DNA of 64,000 nucleotides, from contig JAGFIZ010000047.1 of NCBI GenBank assembly GCA_024103135.1, positions 107 through 64,106 of the forward strand. The letters are read 5' to 3'. Each line of letters begins with the position of its first letter. The first letter of the stretch is position 1. Both the position numbers and the translations under genes were made by a program. Below, one piece after another: positions 38,830-48,099 of the stretch. The notes below the pieces were generated by a model. That model had not been told where the DNA came from. It did no database searches and saw only the letters and a list, made by a program, of their open reading frames with translations. The DNA is from Bradyrhizobiaceae bacterium (GTDB taxonomy: Bacteria; Bacteroidota; Ignavibacteria; Kapaibacteriales; Kapaibacteriaceae).

Positions 38830-39507
38830 TTAGGTCGGCTCGGCGTCGCTGTTGAGCCCACGGTGCCTTACCAGCTTGGCTTCGACGAGGAAGATGACGT
38901 TCTCGGCAATGTTCGTGGCATGGTCTGCGAGGCGCTTCATTTGTTGGAGGACAAGGAGCAATCGCGCCGAGTCGGCAATGGTCTCGGTATGACTAGTCAT
39001 GTAGCCGATGAGCTTCGTTCGGAGGTGGAGATACTGATCGTCGATTGTCGAGTCCGTTGGAAGAATGTGACTTGCAAGGTCGGGATCGTTGTTGATAAAC
39101 GAATCCACGCTGGACTGGAAGAGTGTGAACACGGCCGACGTCATTTGTGTGATGTCGATCTCCCGTGCTACATGCGTTGCTCCTGGCGCTTCGGGCACAA
39201 CGCGTGCAATCTCCGTGGCAATGTCGCCAATCCGCTCCAGCTCGTTGTTGATCTTGATGGCCGTGAGAAGCAGCCGAAGATCACTGGCAACGGGCTGGTT
39301 GAGTGCAAAGATTCGCTGACAGAGCTTGTCGATCTTCAGGTCGAGCTTGTCGACCTTGTCGTCACGCTCCATCACAATACGAGCGAGCTCTTCATTCCCG
39401 TCGGCCAATGCCTTAAATGCAAACTCGACTTGTTCCTCGACGAGTGAGCCCATGCGAATCAGACGCGTGCGGAGCTTGTCGAGGTCTTCTTCAAAGTGCT
39501 TGATCAT
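38830..39507 (-). CDS. phoU: Phosphate transport system regulator PhoU.
   Basis: Two PhoU repeats (ELERIGDIATEIA.., LKRLADHATNIAENVIFLVEA). Confidence 0.9.
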   Translation of the reverse strand: MIKHFEEDLDKLRTRLIRMGSLVEEQVEFAFKALADGNEELARIVMERDDKVDKLDLKIDKLCQRIFALNQPVASDLRLLLTAIKINNELERIGDIATEIARVVPEAPGATHVAREIDITQMTSAVFTLFQSSVDSFINNDPDLASHILPTDSTIDDQYLHLRTKLIGYMTSHTETIADSARLLLVLQQMKRLADHATNIAENVIFLVEAKLVRHRGLNSDAEPT

Positions 39508-39512
39508 GGTGG

Positions 39513-40280
39513 TTATCCAAATCGACCTGTGATGTAATCTTCTGTTTCTTTCTGTGCTGGACTGGTAAACACCGTCCGCGTCTTATCAAACTCAACGAGC
39601 TTTCCCATCAGATAGAAGCCAGTGTAGTCGCTTACACGGGCTGCCTGTTGCATGCTATGCGTTACAAGTACGATGGTATAGCTGCTGGAGAGTTCGGCAA
39701 TAAGGTCTTCTACCTTGGCCGTAGAGATTGGATCAAGGGCAGAGCAAGGCTCGTCCATGAGCAAGATCTCTGGGTTTACGGCAATGGCCCGCGCAATGCA
39801 AAGTCGCTGCTGCTGTCCGCCTGACAATCCCATGGCCGAATGATGCAGGCGATGTTGCACTTCGTCCCACAAGGCACTCTTCTTCAGACTTGACTCTACG
39901 ATATGGTCCAGCTCTTCCTTGCTGCGCTTTTCATTGAGCGTAAGACCGTAGGTGATGTTCTCGTAGATGCTCTTTGGGAATGGGATCGACTTTTGAAAGA
40001 CCATGCCAACCTTACGACGAAGTGTGGCAACGTCGACCGACTTGTCGTAGATGTCTACGTCGTCAATGATCATACTGCCTGTCCGGCGGACGCCTTCGAT
40101 CAGGTCGTTCATACGATTCATGGACCGCAGAAACGTGCTTTTCCCACAACCGGAAGGTCCAATGAACGCCGTGACCTTGTGCTCAGGAATATCAATGGAG
40201 ATATTGAACAAGGCCTGCTTCTCGGTGTAGAACACAGAGAAGTCGGATGCATGAATCTTTGTGCGATGATCCTTTGCCAT
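39513..40280 (-). CDS. pstB: Phosphate ABC transporter ATP-binding protein.
   Basis: GPSGCGKST Walker [10 protein letters not shown] signature, and the PstB-specific N- and C-termini. Confidence 0.95.
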   Translation of the reverse strand: MAKDHRTKIHASDFSVFYTEKQALFNISIDIPEHKVTAFIGPSGCGKSTFLRSMNRMNDLIEGVRRTGSMIIDDVDIYDKSVDVATLRRKVGMVFQKSIPFPKSIYENITYGLTLNEKRSKEELDHIVESSLKKSALWDEVQHRLHHSAMGLSGGQQQRLCIARAIAVNPEILLMDEPCSALDPISTAKVEDLIAELSSSYTIVLVTHSMQQAARVSDYTGFYLMGKLVEFDKTRTVFTSPAQKETEDYITGRFG

Positions 40281-40289
40281 GAGCGAGTA

Positions 40290-41201
40290 CTATGCTTTGC
40301 GCAGTCGTGAACGAATAAAGATTGCGGCGAAGTTCAAAAAGAAAGTCAGTGCAAGGAGGACGATGGTCGTAGCGTACTGTAGCGGCAGTGCTGCCTCTAC
40401 ATCGGGCGACTGCGTGGACAGTACCAGCAGGTGATAACCCAGATGCATGAACTTGTCGGTCACTGCACCTGGCAGTACTTCCGACGAGTACGTTACCCCA
40501 ACAAACAAAATCGCTGCAACTTCTCCTGCACCCCGTCCAACGGCGAGAATACTGCCAGTTAGGATTCCGGACGTTGCATTCGGTATCACAACCTTCCACA
40601 CCGTCTGCCATTTCGTTGCGCCGAGAGCAAGAGAGGCTTCGCGCAGTTCACGGGGTACGGCACGTAATGCTTCTTCGACGGATACGATGACCACTGGCAG
40701 CGTGAGGACGGCAAGCGTTGCAGAACACCACAGGAGCGAGCCATCACCAAATGCACTGCTGCCTGTAAAGGCATCAATGCGCTTACCGATGAATTGAATG
40801 AAGAAGCCAACGCCAAAGAGTGCAAAGACAATTGATGGAACGCCAGCAAGGGTGTTGACGGCAAAGCGTACCATGCGGGCGAGACTGCTTGACTGCCTTG
40901 CATACTCCGACAGGTACACGGCCGTTGCCGTACCAACGGGAACGCCCAACACCGTCATCAGCATTACCAACAGCGTCGTTCCAGCAAGCGCTGGAAAGAT
41001 TCCACCTTCCATGTTGCTGTTCCGTGGGAACTCCGTCAAGAAGCTCCATGTGGTATGTGGAGCACCCTTGATGACGATGTCGGTGAGCATACCAAGCATC
41101 AAGCCAAGGACAGCGACGGCAGCCGTTGCTGCAACACCAACAGCGAAAGCACCAACAAGGCGCCTAGGGATGGTCTTAAGATTGGCAAATGGTGCGCTCA
41201 C
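40290..41201 (-). CDS. pstA: Phosphate ABC transporter permease PstA.
   Basis: The EAA-like loop and the PstA family pattern. It shares 1 nt with pstC. Confidence 0.9.
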   Translation of the reverse strand: MSAPFANLKTIPRRLVGAFAVGVAATAAVAVLGLMLGMLTDIVIKGAPHTTWSFLTEFPRNSNMEGGIFPALAGTTLLVMLMTVLGVPVGTATAVYLSEYARQSSSLARMVRFAVNTLAGVPSIVFALFGVGFFIQFIGKRIDAFTGSSAFGDGSLLWCSATLAVLTLPVVIVSVEEALRAVPRELREASLALGATKWQTVWKVVIPNATSGILTGSILAVGRGAGEVAAILFVGVTYSSEVLPGAVTDKFMHLGYHLLVLSTQSPDVEAALPLQYATTIVLLALTFFLNFAAIFIRSRLRKA

Positions 41202-42589
41202 TACTGTCCTTGGAATTTCTTGATGAGTCGCTGCTTTACATACAGCTCAGTGAAGGCATTGAGAGAGAAACTCACAACAAAGAGCAGGGCACCAATGAGG
41301 AATAGCACGCCGTAGTGTTCAGAACCCCACACAACCTCGCCCATTTCCGAGCCGATGGTTGCTGCAAACGTCCGCCCGGGTGATAACGGATTCCAATCGG
41401 CTAACGCTGCATTGCCCGTAGCCATTAGGGCAATCATCGTCTCTCCGAAAGCCCGTCCGATACCAAGGATGATTGCAGCAAACACGCCTGGTGCAGCGGC
41501 AGGCAGCATTACTCTGTAGGCCGTCTGCCATTCTGATGATCCAAGAGCGAGTGATGCCTCACGCAGGGTCTTAGGCACTGCACTAAGTGCATCTTCCGAT
41601 ATGGCAAAGACGATTGGTATGACGGCCAGCGCCATACCAATGCCCCCTACCAAGGCGTTGAGTCGGTACTCGAGTCCAAAGGTATTCTGCAAGAACGAGG
41701 CTATGGTAACCAGGCAGAAGAATCCAAGGACAACGCTTGGAAAGCCAGCAAGGAGTTCGATGGCTGGCTTGAGAATCTGACGGAGTTTGCGTGGTGCAAA
41801 GAAGGCAGAGTAAATCGCAGCAAGGATGCCAAGTGGAGCACCGATGGCAATGGCCACGGCTGTTGTTTTTACCGTACCGATGAACAATGGCCAGAGTCCG
41901 AACTTCGGATTCTCGCTTACGGGCTGCCAGGTTGTGGTAGAGAGGTTCGACATGAGACTCTTCTTTGCCGCATTTGACCCTGAGGCTTCAGAGGTGCTGG
42001 CTTCTGATGCGGCAACGTCGGTTGGTAAGTTCCCCGTCTCTGCATTGTAGATCTCAGGATAGTCTGCATTGCGAGGAACATAGAGCTGATGAAGTGAACG
42101 TGAAGAGTCAGCCACGTATGAATCCACGCGCGACTCAGTGTTGGGCTGGTCAGACGCAGCGGCGGTCCCATACGCCTCTGGTGAATCTGACGTAGATGTT
42201 TGTGGTACATCGGTACTCGCCGTCTGCTCAGTGTTTGTACCTGGAAAGAACAACACCGTAGCTTCCTTGAACACAAACACCAGGATCAAGAAGATCAACA
42301 GTATTGTAGCCGAGGCAACCACGCGGATGGATTGCTCGGCAAATACTTCGATGGGATGTGTTTTTGTCTTGCGAAAAGGATGCACGGTGTTAGTTCGAAA
42401 GAGGATAATAACCAAGCTCAGTAACGCGAGCCTGGCCCTTTGAAGAGAGGACCCAGTCGATGAACGCCTTGACGTTACCAGTTGGTCGTTCACGAAGATA
42501 GAAGTACAGGAACCTTGCCACTGGATACTCACCACTAGCAATCGTTGCTGCCGTTGGTAGTACGTATGGATCTTTGGCTGTCTTTGCAA
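41201..42589 (-). CDS. pstC: Phosphate ABC transporter permease PstC, with a ~140-aa Ser/Thr/Asp/Glu-rich insertion in the first periplasmic loop.
   Basis: PstC core (GFPSVVLGFF..., EASLALGSSEWQT). The track ORF overlaps pstS. The real start is probably the in-frame GTG near 42385, just after the pstS stop. Confidence 0.8.
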   Translation of the reverse strand: MQRQPKIHTYYQRQQRLLVVSIQWQGSCTSIFVNDQLVTSRRSSTGSSLQRARLALLSLVIILFRTNTVHPFRKTKTHPIEVFAEQSIRVVASATILLIFLILVFVFKEATVLFFPGTNTEQTASTDVPQTSTSDSPEAYGTAAASDQPNTESRVDSYVADSSRSLHQLYVPRNADYPEIYNAETGNLPTDVAASEASTSEASGSNAAKKSLMSNLSTTTWQPVSENPKFGLWPLFIGTVKTTAVAIAIGAPLGILAAIYSAFFAPRKLRQILKPAIELLAGFPSVVLGFFCLVTIASFLQNTFGLEYRLNALVGGIGMALAVIPIVFAISEDALSAVPKTLREASLALGSSEWQTAYRVMLPAAAPGVFAAIILGIGRAFGETMIALMATGNAALADWNPLSPGRTFAATIGSEMGEVVWGSEHYGVLFLIGALLFVVSFSLNAFTELYVKQRLIKKFQGQ

Positions 42590-43304
42590 TGGCGATCATC
42601 TTGACATTCTTTGCGTAGGCAGCGCCACCATAGCCAATGCCGTGCACGTCCTTTGACAAGGCATTCACCAAGGCAGCAGTACCCGGCAGGTGTTGTGCCG
42701 TTGCTGCAAAGTCACGCTTATGTAGCACATGCTCCTTGAAGAACTCGTAGGTGCCGGAGTTGTTCTCTCTCGAATACAAGATGATGCGAGCGTCCTTGCC
42801 CCCTACCTGCTTCCAGTTGGTGATTTCACCGGTGAAGATTTTCTCTACTTGCTCTAGCGTGAGCTTGCGGACAGGATTCGAAGCGTGGGTGTAGATGCTT
42901 AGGCCATCACGTGCAACACGAACTTCCATGCCGCGATAGCCAGACTTGGACTTCAACAATTGAACTTCGGCCTTCTTTATTGGCCTCGACGAAGCACAAA
43001 TTGTTGTTGTGCCGTTGATAAGAGCTGCAATGCCAGTACCGGAGCCACCGCCCGTTACTTGGAAGTAAACGGAGTTCTTGTCAGGGTAGGCTTCAGTCCA
43101 ACTCTGAACAAGCATGACCATTGTGTCGGACCCCTTGATTGCAACCATCTGCTTGTTTGCTGTTGCCGTTGCTGTAGTTGTTAGGAGAACTAGCAGCAAG
43201 GACTTCGCAAGCGTGGCTTTCGATAGCAGAATGGTGAGTAGGGGGCTATGGTTCTGTGCAGTGATGATACTCGTCTTCCGTGATTGCTTTGTGGTCGGAG
43301 TCAT
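42390..43304 (-). CDS. pstS: Phosphate-binding periplasmic protein PstS.
   Basis: FQVTGGGSGTGIAAL and the PBP type-II fold pattern. Confidence 0.9.
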   Translation of the reverse strand: MTPTTKQSRKTSIITAQNHSPLLTILLSKATLAKSLLLVLLTTTATATANKQMVAIKGSDTMVMLVQSWTEAYPDKNSVYFQVTGGGSGTGIAALINGTTTICASSRPIKKAEVQLLKSKSGYRGMEVRVARDGLSIYTHASNPVRKLTLEQVEKIFTGEITNWKQVGGKDARIILYSRENNSGTYEFFKEHVLHKRDFAATAQHLPGTAALVNALSKDVHGIGYGGAAYAKNVKMIAIAKTAKDPYVLPTAATIASGEYPVARFLYFYLRERPTGNVKAFIDWVLSSKGQARVTELGYYPLSN

Positions 43305-43313
43305 GCAGTTGCG

Positions 43314-44576
43314 TTAAATCCCGAATTCCACGTTGAATCGCGTATAGAGTTCGCGTGTAACGTTCGATGTTGCAAGGTCAGTTGTTCGTAGCGCACCGAG
43401 TTCAAGGTTGCACTTGACGCGATGTCCGTTTGCGTAGTAGCCAATGTTAGCCGCCATGTTCTCAACGCGTTCATACTCTGGGAGCCCAGCGAGTGCCTTG
43501 TCCGCCTCGGTTACACCGTACCTTCCAGCAACGCTGATCATGCTTGGAAACACATAGGATGCTTGAAGCAGATAGCCGCGACCAGCGAATACTGCTCGCA
43601 TGTTGGTTCCAGATGTAGTTATGGGATTCTTGCTTGTACGCTGAGCGTACTCACCATAGAGCGAGAACCCAGAGTACTTGAACACAGCATCGGCATACAC
43701 GAGGTCGGCCGACCGCTGCTCATACAGAGCGTTACCAAGCGTACCGCGCGATCGCGTCATATTCTCGTTGTGTTGAGCAGTGACGCCCATACTAAGCTTA
43801 GGCGAGGGTTCACGCTCGAGGTCGCCTTCTACATAGTCACCACCATCGGTAAAGGCACCAAGCGGGAGGTACTCGGCACGAGCAGTGTAGGCCAGTCCAC
43901 CACCGGCGATTGCTGGCTGGTTGCGACCGTCGCCATCGGTGATGGCAGCACGGAGGTTTATGATCTGGGAGCCGTGGAGCGGACGCCAGAAGGCTTGAAA
44001 GCCAAAGTCTCTGTCGGTTGTGAAGGCAGAGTTGACGATTGAGCGATCGGCGAACTCAATGTCGCCCGATGAAATCACACGCTGCCTGTTCCCTGGAAGC
44101 TTGGTCTGACCAAATCCGGCTTGAAGTCTACTGGAGAAATTCCAGTAGATCATGGCATCCCTGATAATGTTCGGGAACTGTGTGCTGCTCCAGTCAATGT
44201 CGTTCCGCGAAAACGATAGCTGCAGATTGAAGGTAAGTCGAGGATCGAGTAGCGATCCACCAAAGCGGACGCGGAGTCTGCGGACGGCGAGTTCGATCTT
44301 GCCTGCTGACAGATCAACTGGGTCGGCCTCTGACGATGGCATGGTTGTGTACACCATCCAGTTCTGCATGCGAAACCGCATTATTACGTGCGTTGACGAA
44401 TCGGCCGTATGAAAGGCAATCCCCTTCTCGTTAAAGTCGAAGCTAGCTCCAGAAGAAGCTGTTGCTTGTGCGAAGAGACCTACCGAACTACCAAAGCACC
44501 CAACGATAAAGACTATCAGCCAGAGAAACGTGTAAGGGGCAGAACCCTTACGCCGAGTAGAAGCCACATAACTCAT
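43314..44576 (-). CDS. Outer-membrane porin, phosphate-selective porin O/P-like (first gene of the pst operon).
   Basis: Signal peptide, alternating beta-strand pattern and a C-terminal aromatic residue. It is positioned immediately upstream of pstS. Confidence 0.55.
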   Translation of the reverse strand: MSYVASTRRKGSAPYTFLWLIVFIVGCFGSSVGLFAQATASSGASFDFNEKGIAFHTADSSTHVIMRFRMQNWMVYTTMPSSEADPVDLSAGKIELAVRRLRVRFGGSLLDPRLTFNLQLSFSRNDIDWSSTQFPNIIRDAMIYWNFSSRLQAGFGQTKLPGNRQRVISSGDIEFADRSIVNSAFTTDRDFGFQAFWRPLHGSQIINLRAAITDGDGRNQPAIAGGGLAYTARAEYLPLGAFTDGGDYVEGDLEREPSPKLSMGVTAQHNENMTRSRGTLGNALYEQRSADLVYADAVFKYSGFSLYGEYAQRTSKNPITTSGTNMRAVFAGRGYLLQASYVFPSMISVAGRYGVTEADKALAGLPEYERVENMAANIGYYANGHRVKCNLELGALRTTDLATSNVTRELYTRFNVEFGI

Positions 44577-44592
44577 AGTCGCAAAACTATTT

Positions 44593-44643
44593 GTCTATGG
44601 TAACAGGTGATGTAGGAAAAAGTCAATGTTACGTAATGGTAAC
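44593..44643. promoter_or_regulatory. Repeated ATGKTAAC/GTTACC elements with ~11-bp spacing and a TGTTAC-N6-GTAACA inverted repeat in the divergent porin-pst / pfkA intergenic region. Pho-box-like candidate.
   Basis: ATGGTAACAG at 44597-44606, AATGTTAC at 44625-44632, AATGGTAAC at 44635-44643. On the pst strand this reads GTTACCATTACGTAACATTGAC...CTGTTACCATAGAC. Confidence 0.25.
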
Positions 44644-44676
44644 AATGCCTGCTCCCCAAGCCCTATTTTCGCGGCC

Positions 44677-45636
44677 ATGAAAAGAATTGCAGTCTTTACT
44701 AGTGGTGGTGATGCCCCTGGCATGAATGCGCACATTCGAGCCGTTGAACGGGTGGGTGAAAAGCGTGGACTGGAGGTAGTGGGGATACTTGGTGGCTACT
44801 CGGGTATGATTGCCGGACACTTCGAGGTGCTGGACAGAGTACGTACCGCTAGCATCGTCGAACGTGGTGGCACGGTTCTCAAGACTAGTAGGAGTGCAGA
44901 GTTCACGACGGTAGAAGGACGCGCCAAGGCAGCCCAACAACTCAAGGATCACGGCATTGATGGCGTTGTTGCCTGTGGGGGTGACGGGACGTTCCATGGA
45001 GCCCACTTCCTGAGTCAAGAACATGGCATAAACATCGTTGGCACGCCAGGTACGATCGACAATGACCTTTGGGGCACCGATTTTACCATTGGGTATGACA
45101 CGGCAATCAATACGGCAGCATCGGCGATCGATAGAATCAGAGATACTGCCGACTCACATGGACGTCTCTTCTTCATCGAAGTGATGGGTCGGCATGCCGG
45201 TTTTATTGCCATGGACGTCGGCGTTGCCTGCGGTGCCGAATTTATCGCCGTCCCCGAAACCATGACTGACGTCGAGTTACTCTATCAGCGCATTGTCGCC
45301 CAAGGCTTGGACAAGCGCACCATCGTCATCGTAGGAGAAGGCGATGAACTTGGCGGCGCACTCAAGATTTCCAAGCTCATGGAATCGCGCTTTGGCGTCA
45401 GCAGCAAGGTGAGTATTCTTGGTCACATGCAACGCGGTGGATCACCCACAGTGCGTGATCGCGTGCTTGCTGCCCGACTCGGCGCTGCTGCCGTAGATGC
45501 CTTGCTCGAAGGGATAACAGGCGTCATGATCGGCGAACAAAATCAAGAGATCGCCTACGTACCCTTGCACGAAACCTGGGAACGCAGAAAAACTGTACCT
45601 ACCTATCTCAACGATCTGGTTAGCTTGCTCGTATGA
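44677..45636 (+). CDS. pfkA: ATP-dependent 6-phosphofructokinase.
   Basis: MKRIAVFTSGGDAPGMNA, GGDGT, MGR. The start was moved to MKRIAV. Confidence 0.9.
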   Translation: MKRIAVFTSGGDAPGMNAHIRAVERVGEKRGLEVVGILGGYSGMIAGHFEVLDRVRTASIVERGGTVLKTSRSAEFTTVEGRAKAAQQLKDHGIDGVVACGGDGTFHGAHFLSQEHGINIVGTPGTIDNDLWGTDFTIGYDTAINTAASAIDRIRDTADSHGRLFFIEVMGRHAGFIAMDVGVACGAEFIAVPETMTDVELLYQRIVAQGLDKRTIVIVGEGDELGGALKISKLMESRFGVSSKVSILGHMQRGGSPTVRDRVLAARLGAAAVDALLEGITGVMIGEQNQEIAYVPLHETWERRKTVPTYLNDLVSLLV

Positions 45637-45908
45637 AACCAACATTTCTAACACTCATCCAGATGTTCCAACTGGAAGGCATGGTTGCCCTTGGTAAAAT
45701 GCTTAACCCTGCCTCGAACGAGATCACACGTAACCTGGAACATGCTCGATATGTGATCGACATTCTTGAAATCCTTAAAGAAAAGACCGTCAACAACCTT
45801 GCCGATGATGAGCGTAGGTTCTTGGATCAGACAATAAGCACGCTTCAGCTCAACTACCTCGAAGAAACGGACAGGCCATCGGCTCCACCTAAAGGAGACT
45901 TGGCGTAA
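45633..45908 (+). CDS. DUF1844-family small protein.
   Basis: The LGKMLNPASNEITRNLEHARYVIDILEILKEKT pattern. It overlaps pfkA by 4 nt and abuts nadK. Confidence 0.5.
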   Translation: MKPTFLTLIQMFQLEGMVALGKMLNPASNEITRNLEHARYVIDILEILKEKTVNNLADDERRFLDQTISTLQLNYLEETDRPSAPPKGDLA

Positions 45909-46774
45909 TGCATCGCATTGCACTCTTTGCCTATGCCCGTAGTACCGATGCAGTTACGTGGGCAGAGTATGCAGCAACACGATTGCTCGAAGAAGGTGTG
46001 CAGGTCATCCTTGAAGCACAACTTGCCGAAGCTGTGGCTGACGATGTACGTGAACGATGCAAGATCAGCAGTGCTGCTGATTTCGAACGTCATGCCGATA
46101 TGGTGATGACCTTTGGCGGCGATGGTACGCTCCTGGCAGCATCACAGGTGCTGATTGGTACCGATGTGCCGATCATGGGTGTGAATGTGGGTAGACTGGG
46201 CTTTCTGGCTGAGTACCAGGTGTCGAATCTTGACGACGGGATTATGTCCGTACTCAAGGGCGACTACCGGCTTGTTGAACGGAGTACCCTGGAAGTAACA
46301 TGGAGTGGCGGCACGGTGTATGCTCTCAACGAAGCACAGGTTGAACGTGCGTCGGGATCGAAGATGATCACCATTCGTGCCCATGTGAATGATCACCTGG
46401 TTGCGGACTATCGGTGTGATGCCGTGCTTGTGGCTACACCAACAGGGTCGACGGCGTATTCGCTTGCTGCTGGTGGACCCATCATAGCACCATCGGCAGA
46501 AGTTCTTTGTGTCACGGCAGTATCTCCGCATGCGCTCACGATACGTCCGCTTGTAGTGGGTGACGACTCCGTGATCCGTCTACTGGTTCACGAAGACACT
46601 GCTAGTGCCCAATTGCTTGCCGATGGTAGGGTGCTTGGTACTGCACAACCTGGTGATTACATGACTGTTAGGAAGAGCGAGCGTCCGATAAAACTCGTCA
46701 AGCGCTCGGAGAACACCTACTACGACCTTCTCAGGGACAAGCTTCTCTGGTCGGCCAACGCCACAAAGAAGTAA
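45908..46774 (+). CDS. nadK: NAD+ kinase.
   Basis: GGDGTLL, NVGRLGFL, and the C-terminal DG..LGT. Confidence 0.9.
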   Translation: MHRIALFAYARSTDAVTWAEYAATRLLEEGVQVILEAQLAEAVADDVRERCKISSAADFERHADMVMTFGGDGTLLAASQVLIGTDVPIMGVNVGRLGFLAEYQVSNLDDGIMSVLKGDYRLVERSTLEVTWSGGTVYALNEAQVERASGSKMITIRAHVNDHLVADYRCDAVLVATPTGSTAYSLAAGGPIIAPSAEVLCVTAVSPHALTIRPLVVGDDSVIRLLVHEDTASAQLLADGRVLGTAQPGDYMTVRKSERPIKLVKRSENTYYDLLRDKLLWSANATKK

Positions 46775-46782
46775 TCGCCACC

Positions 46783-48099
46783 GTGCTAAAACGCGAACTC
46801 AGCGCCATACAAGCCACTGCCGTGAACATGATCGACATGGTCGGCATTGGACCGTTCATTACTACGGCCATCGTCGTTGCCACCATGGGCTCTGCACCAG
46901 CAGCTTTGCTTGCCTGGGTATGTGGTGCTGCATTGTCGTTTGTTGATGCAGCTATTTGGAGCGAGCTAGGCGCCAAGTTTCCGCAAGCAGGAGGCACGTA
47001 TGCATTCTTGCGCGAGACGTACGGAGGGAAGTGGGGACGACTTATGGCCTTCCTGTTTGTGTGGCAGACCATCTTTCAAGCGCCGCTCGTTGTCACCTCT
47101 GGAGCCTTGGGATTTGCGAAGTACCTCGGATACTTGGTAACGCTGAGTCCACTTGCCACTCACATCGTTGCCGCCTCGTTGATTCTCTTGTTGGTATTCC
47201 TGCTTTACCGACGTATTGGGCAAACAGGAACGATCTCCGTCGTCCTCTGGATAGCCGTACTCCTTACGCTTGGCTGGATTATCGTAGGTGGACTAGTAGG
47301 GGGCTCACCCAGTCTTGCCTTTGACTGGAGCAACACCACTACCAATGGTGTTGATGGCATCGTTTGGGGTGCCTTGGGGGTAGCAAGCATCTCTACCATC
47401 TACAGCTACCTGGGCTACTACAACATCTGTCACCTTGGTGCCGAAGTCGTCAACCCCGAGCGCATCATCCCACGCAGCATGTACATCTCGATTGCGGGGA
47501 TTGCCTTGTTGTATCTGGGTATGCAGGTAGCCATCATGGCTGTGTTGCCGGCGACCGATATTGCGGGGAGCGCATTTGTTGTCAGCACATTCATGGAACG
47601 ATTGTATGGCGGCGCTGCTGGACAGGTCGCAACGGGCTTGATTCTCCTTGTTGCCCTTTCGAGTCTGTTTAGTGTGATGCTCGGCTACACGCGCATCCCT
47701 TATGCCGCAGCGAAGGATGGGTTATTCTTTGCTGTGTTCGGTAAGGAACATCCTACGATGCACTTTCCGCATGTTGCTTTGTTAGTGTTAGGGGGCTTGG
47801 GAGTAGTGTTCTCGCTGACACTAACCATCGAAGACTCGATCAAGGCCATCATCACCATGCGGATTTTCACACAGTTCATTGCTCAGGCCGTGGGCTTGCT
47901 TGTCTACAGAAAGCGCGTCGGTGCTGCTGCTATGCCATGGAGGATGTGGCTGTATCCAATACCAGTGTTGTTGACCATTGCGGGCTGGCTCTGGATTTTT
48001 GCTTCGGCAAAGCCTTTGCAACAGATTGTGGCCGTCACGGCACCAGTAGTTGGTGTGGTTGTGTACTATGCATTCATCCGTCAGCGAGGTGAACAATGA
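46783..48099 (+). CDS. APC-superfamily amino acid/polyamine permease.
   Basis: Twelve TM helices, and an N-terminus LSAIQATAVNMIDMVGIGPFITTAIV typical of APC transporters. Confidence 0.8.
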   Translation: MLKRELSAIQATAVNMIDMVGIGPFITTAIVVATMGSAPAALLAWVCGAALSFVDAAIWSELGAKFPQAGGTYAFLRETYGGKWGRLMAFLFVWQTIFQAPLVVTSGALGFAKYLGYLVTLSPLATHIVAASLILLLVFLLYRRIGQTGTISVVLWIAVLLTLGWIIVGGLVGGSPSLAFDWSNTTTNGVDGIVWGALGVASISTIYSYLGYYNICHLGAEVVNPERIIPRSMYISIAGIALLYLGMQVAIMAVLPATDIAGSAFVVSTFMERLYGGAAGQVATGLILLVALSSLFSVMLGYTRIPYAAAKDGLFFAVFGKEHPTMHFPHVALLVLGGLGVVFSLTLTIEDSIKAIITMRIFTQFIAQAVGLLVYRKRVGAAAMPWRMWLYPIPVLLTIAGWLWIFASAKPLQQIVAVTAPVVGVVVYYAFIRQRGEQ

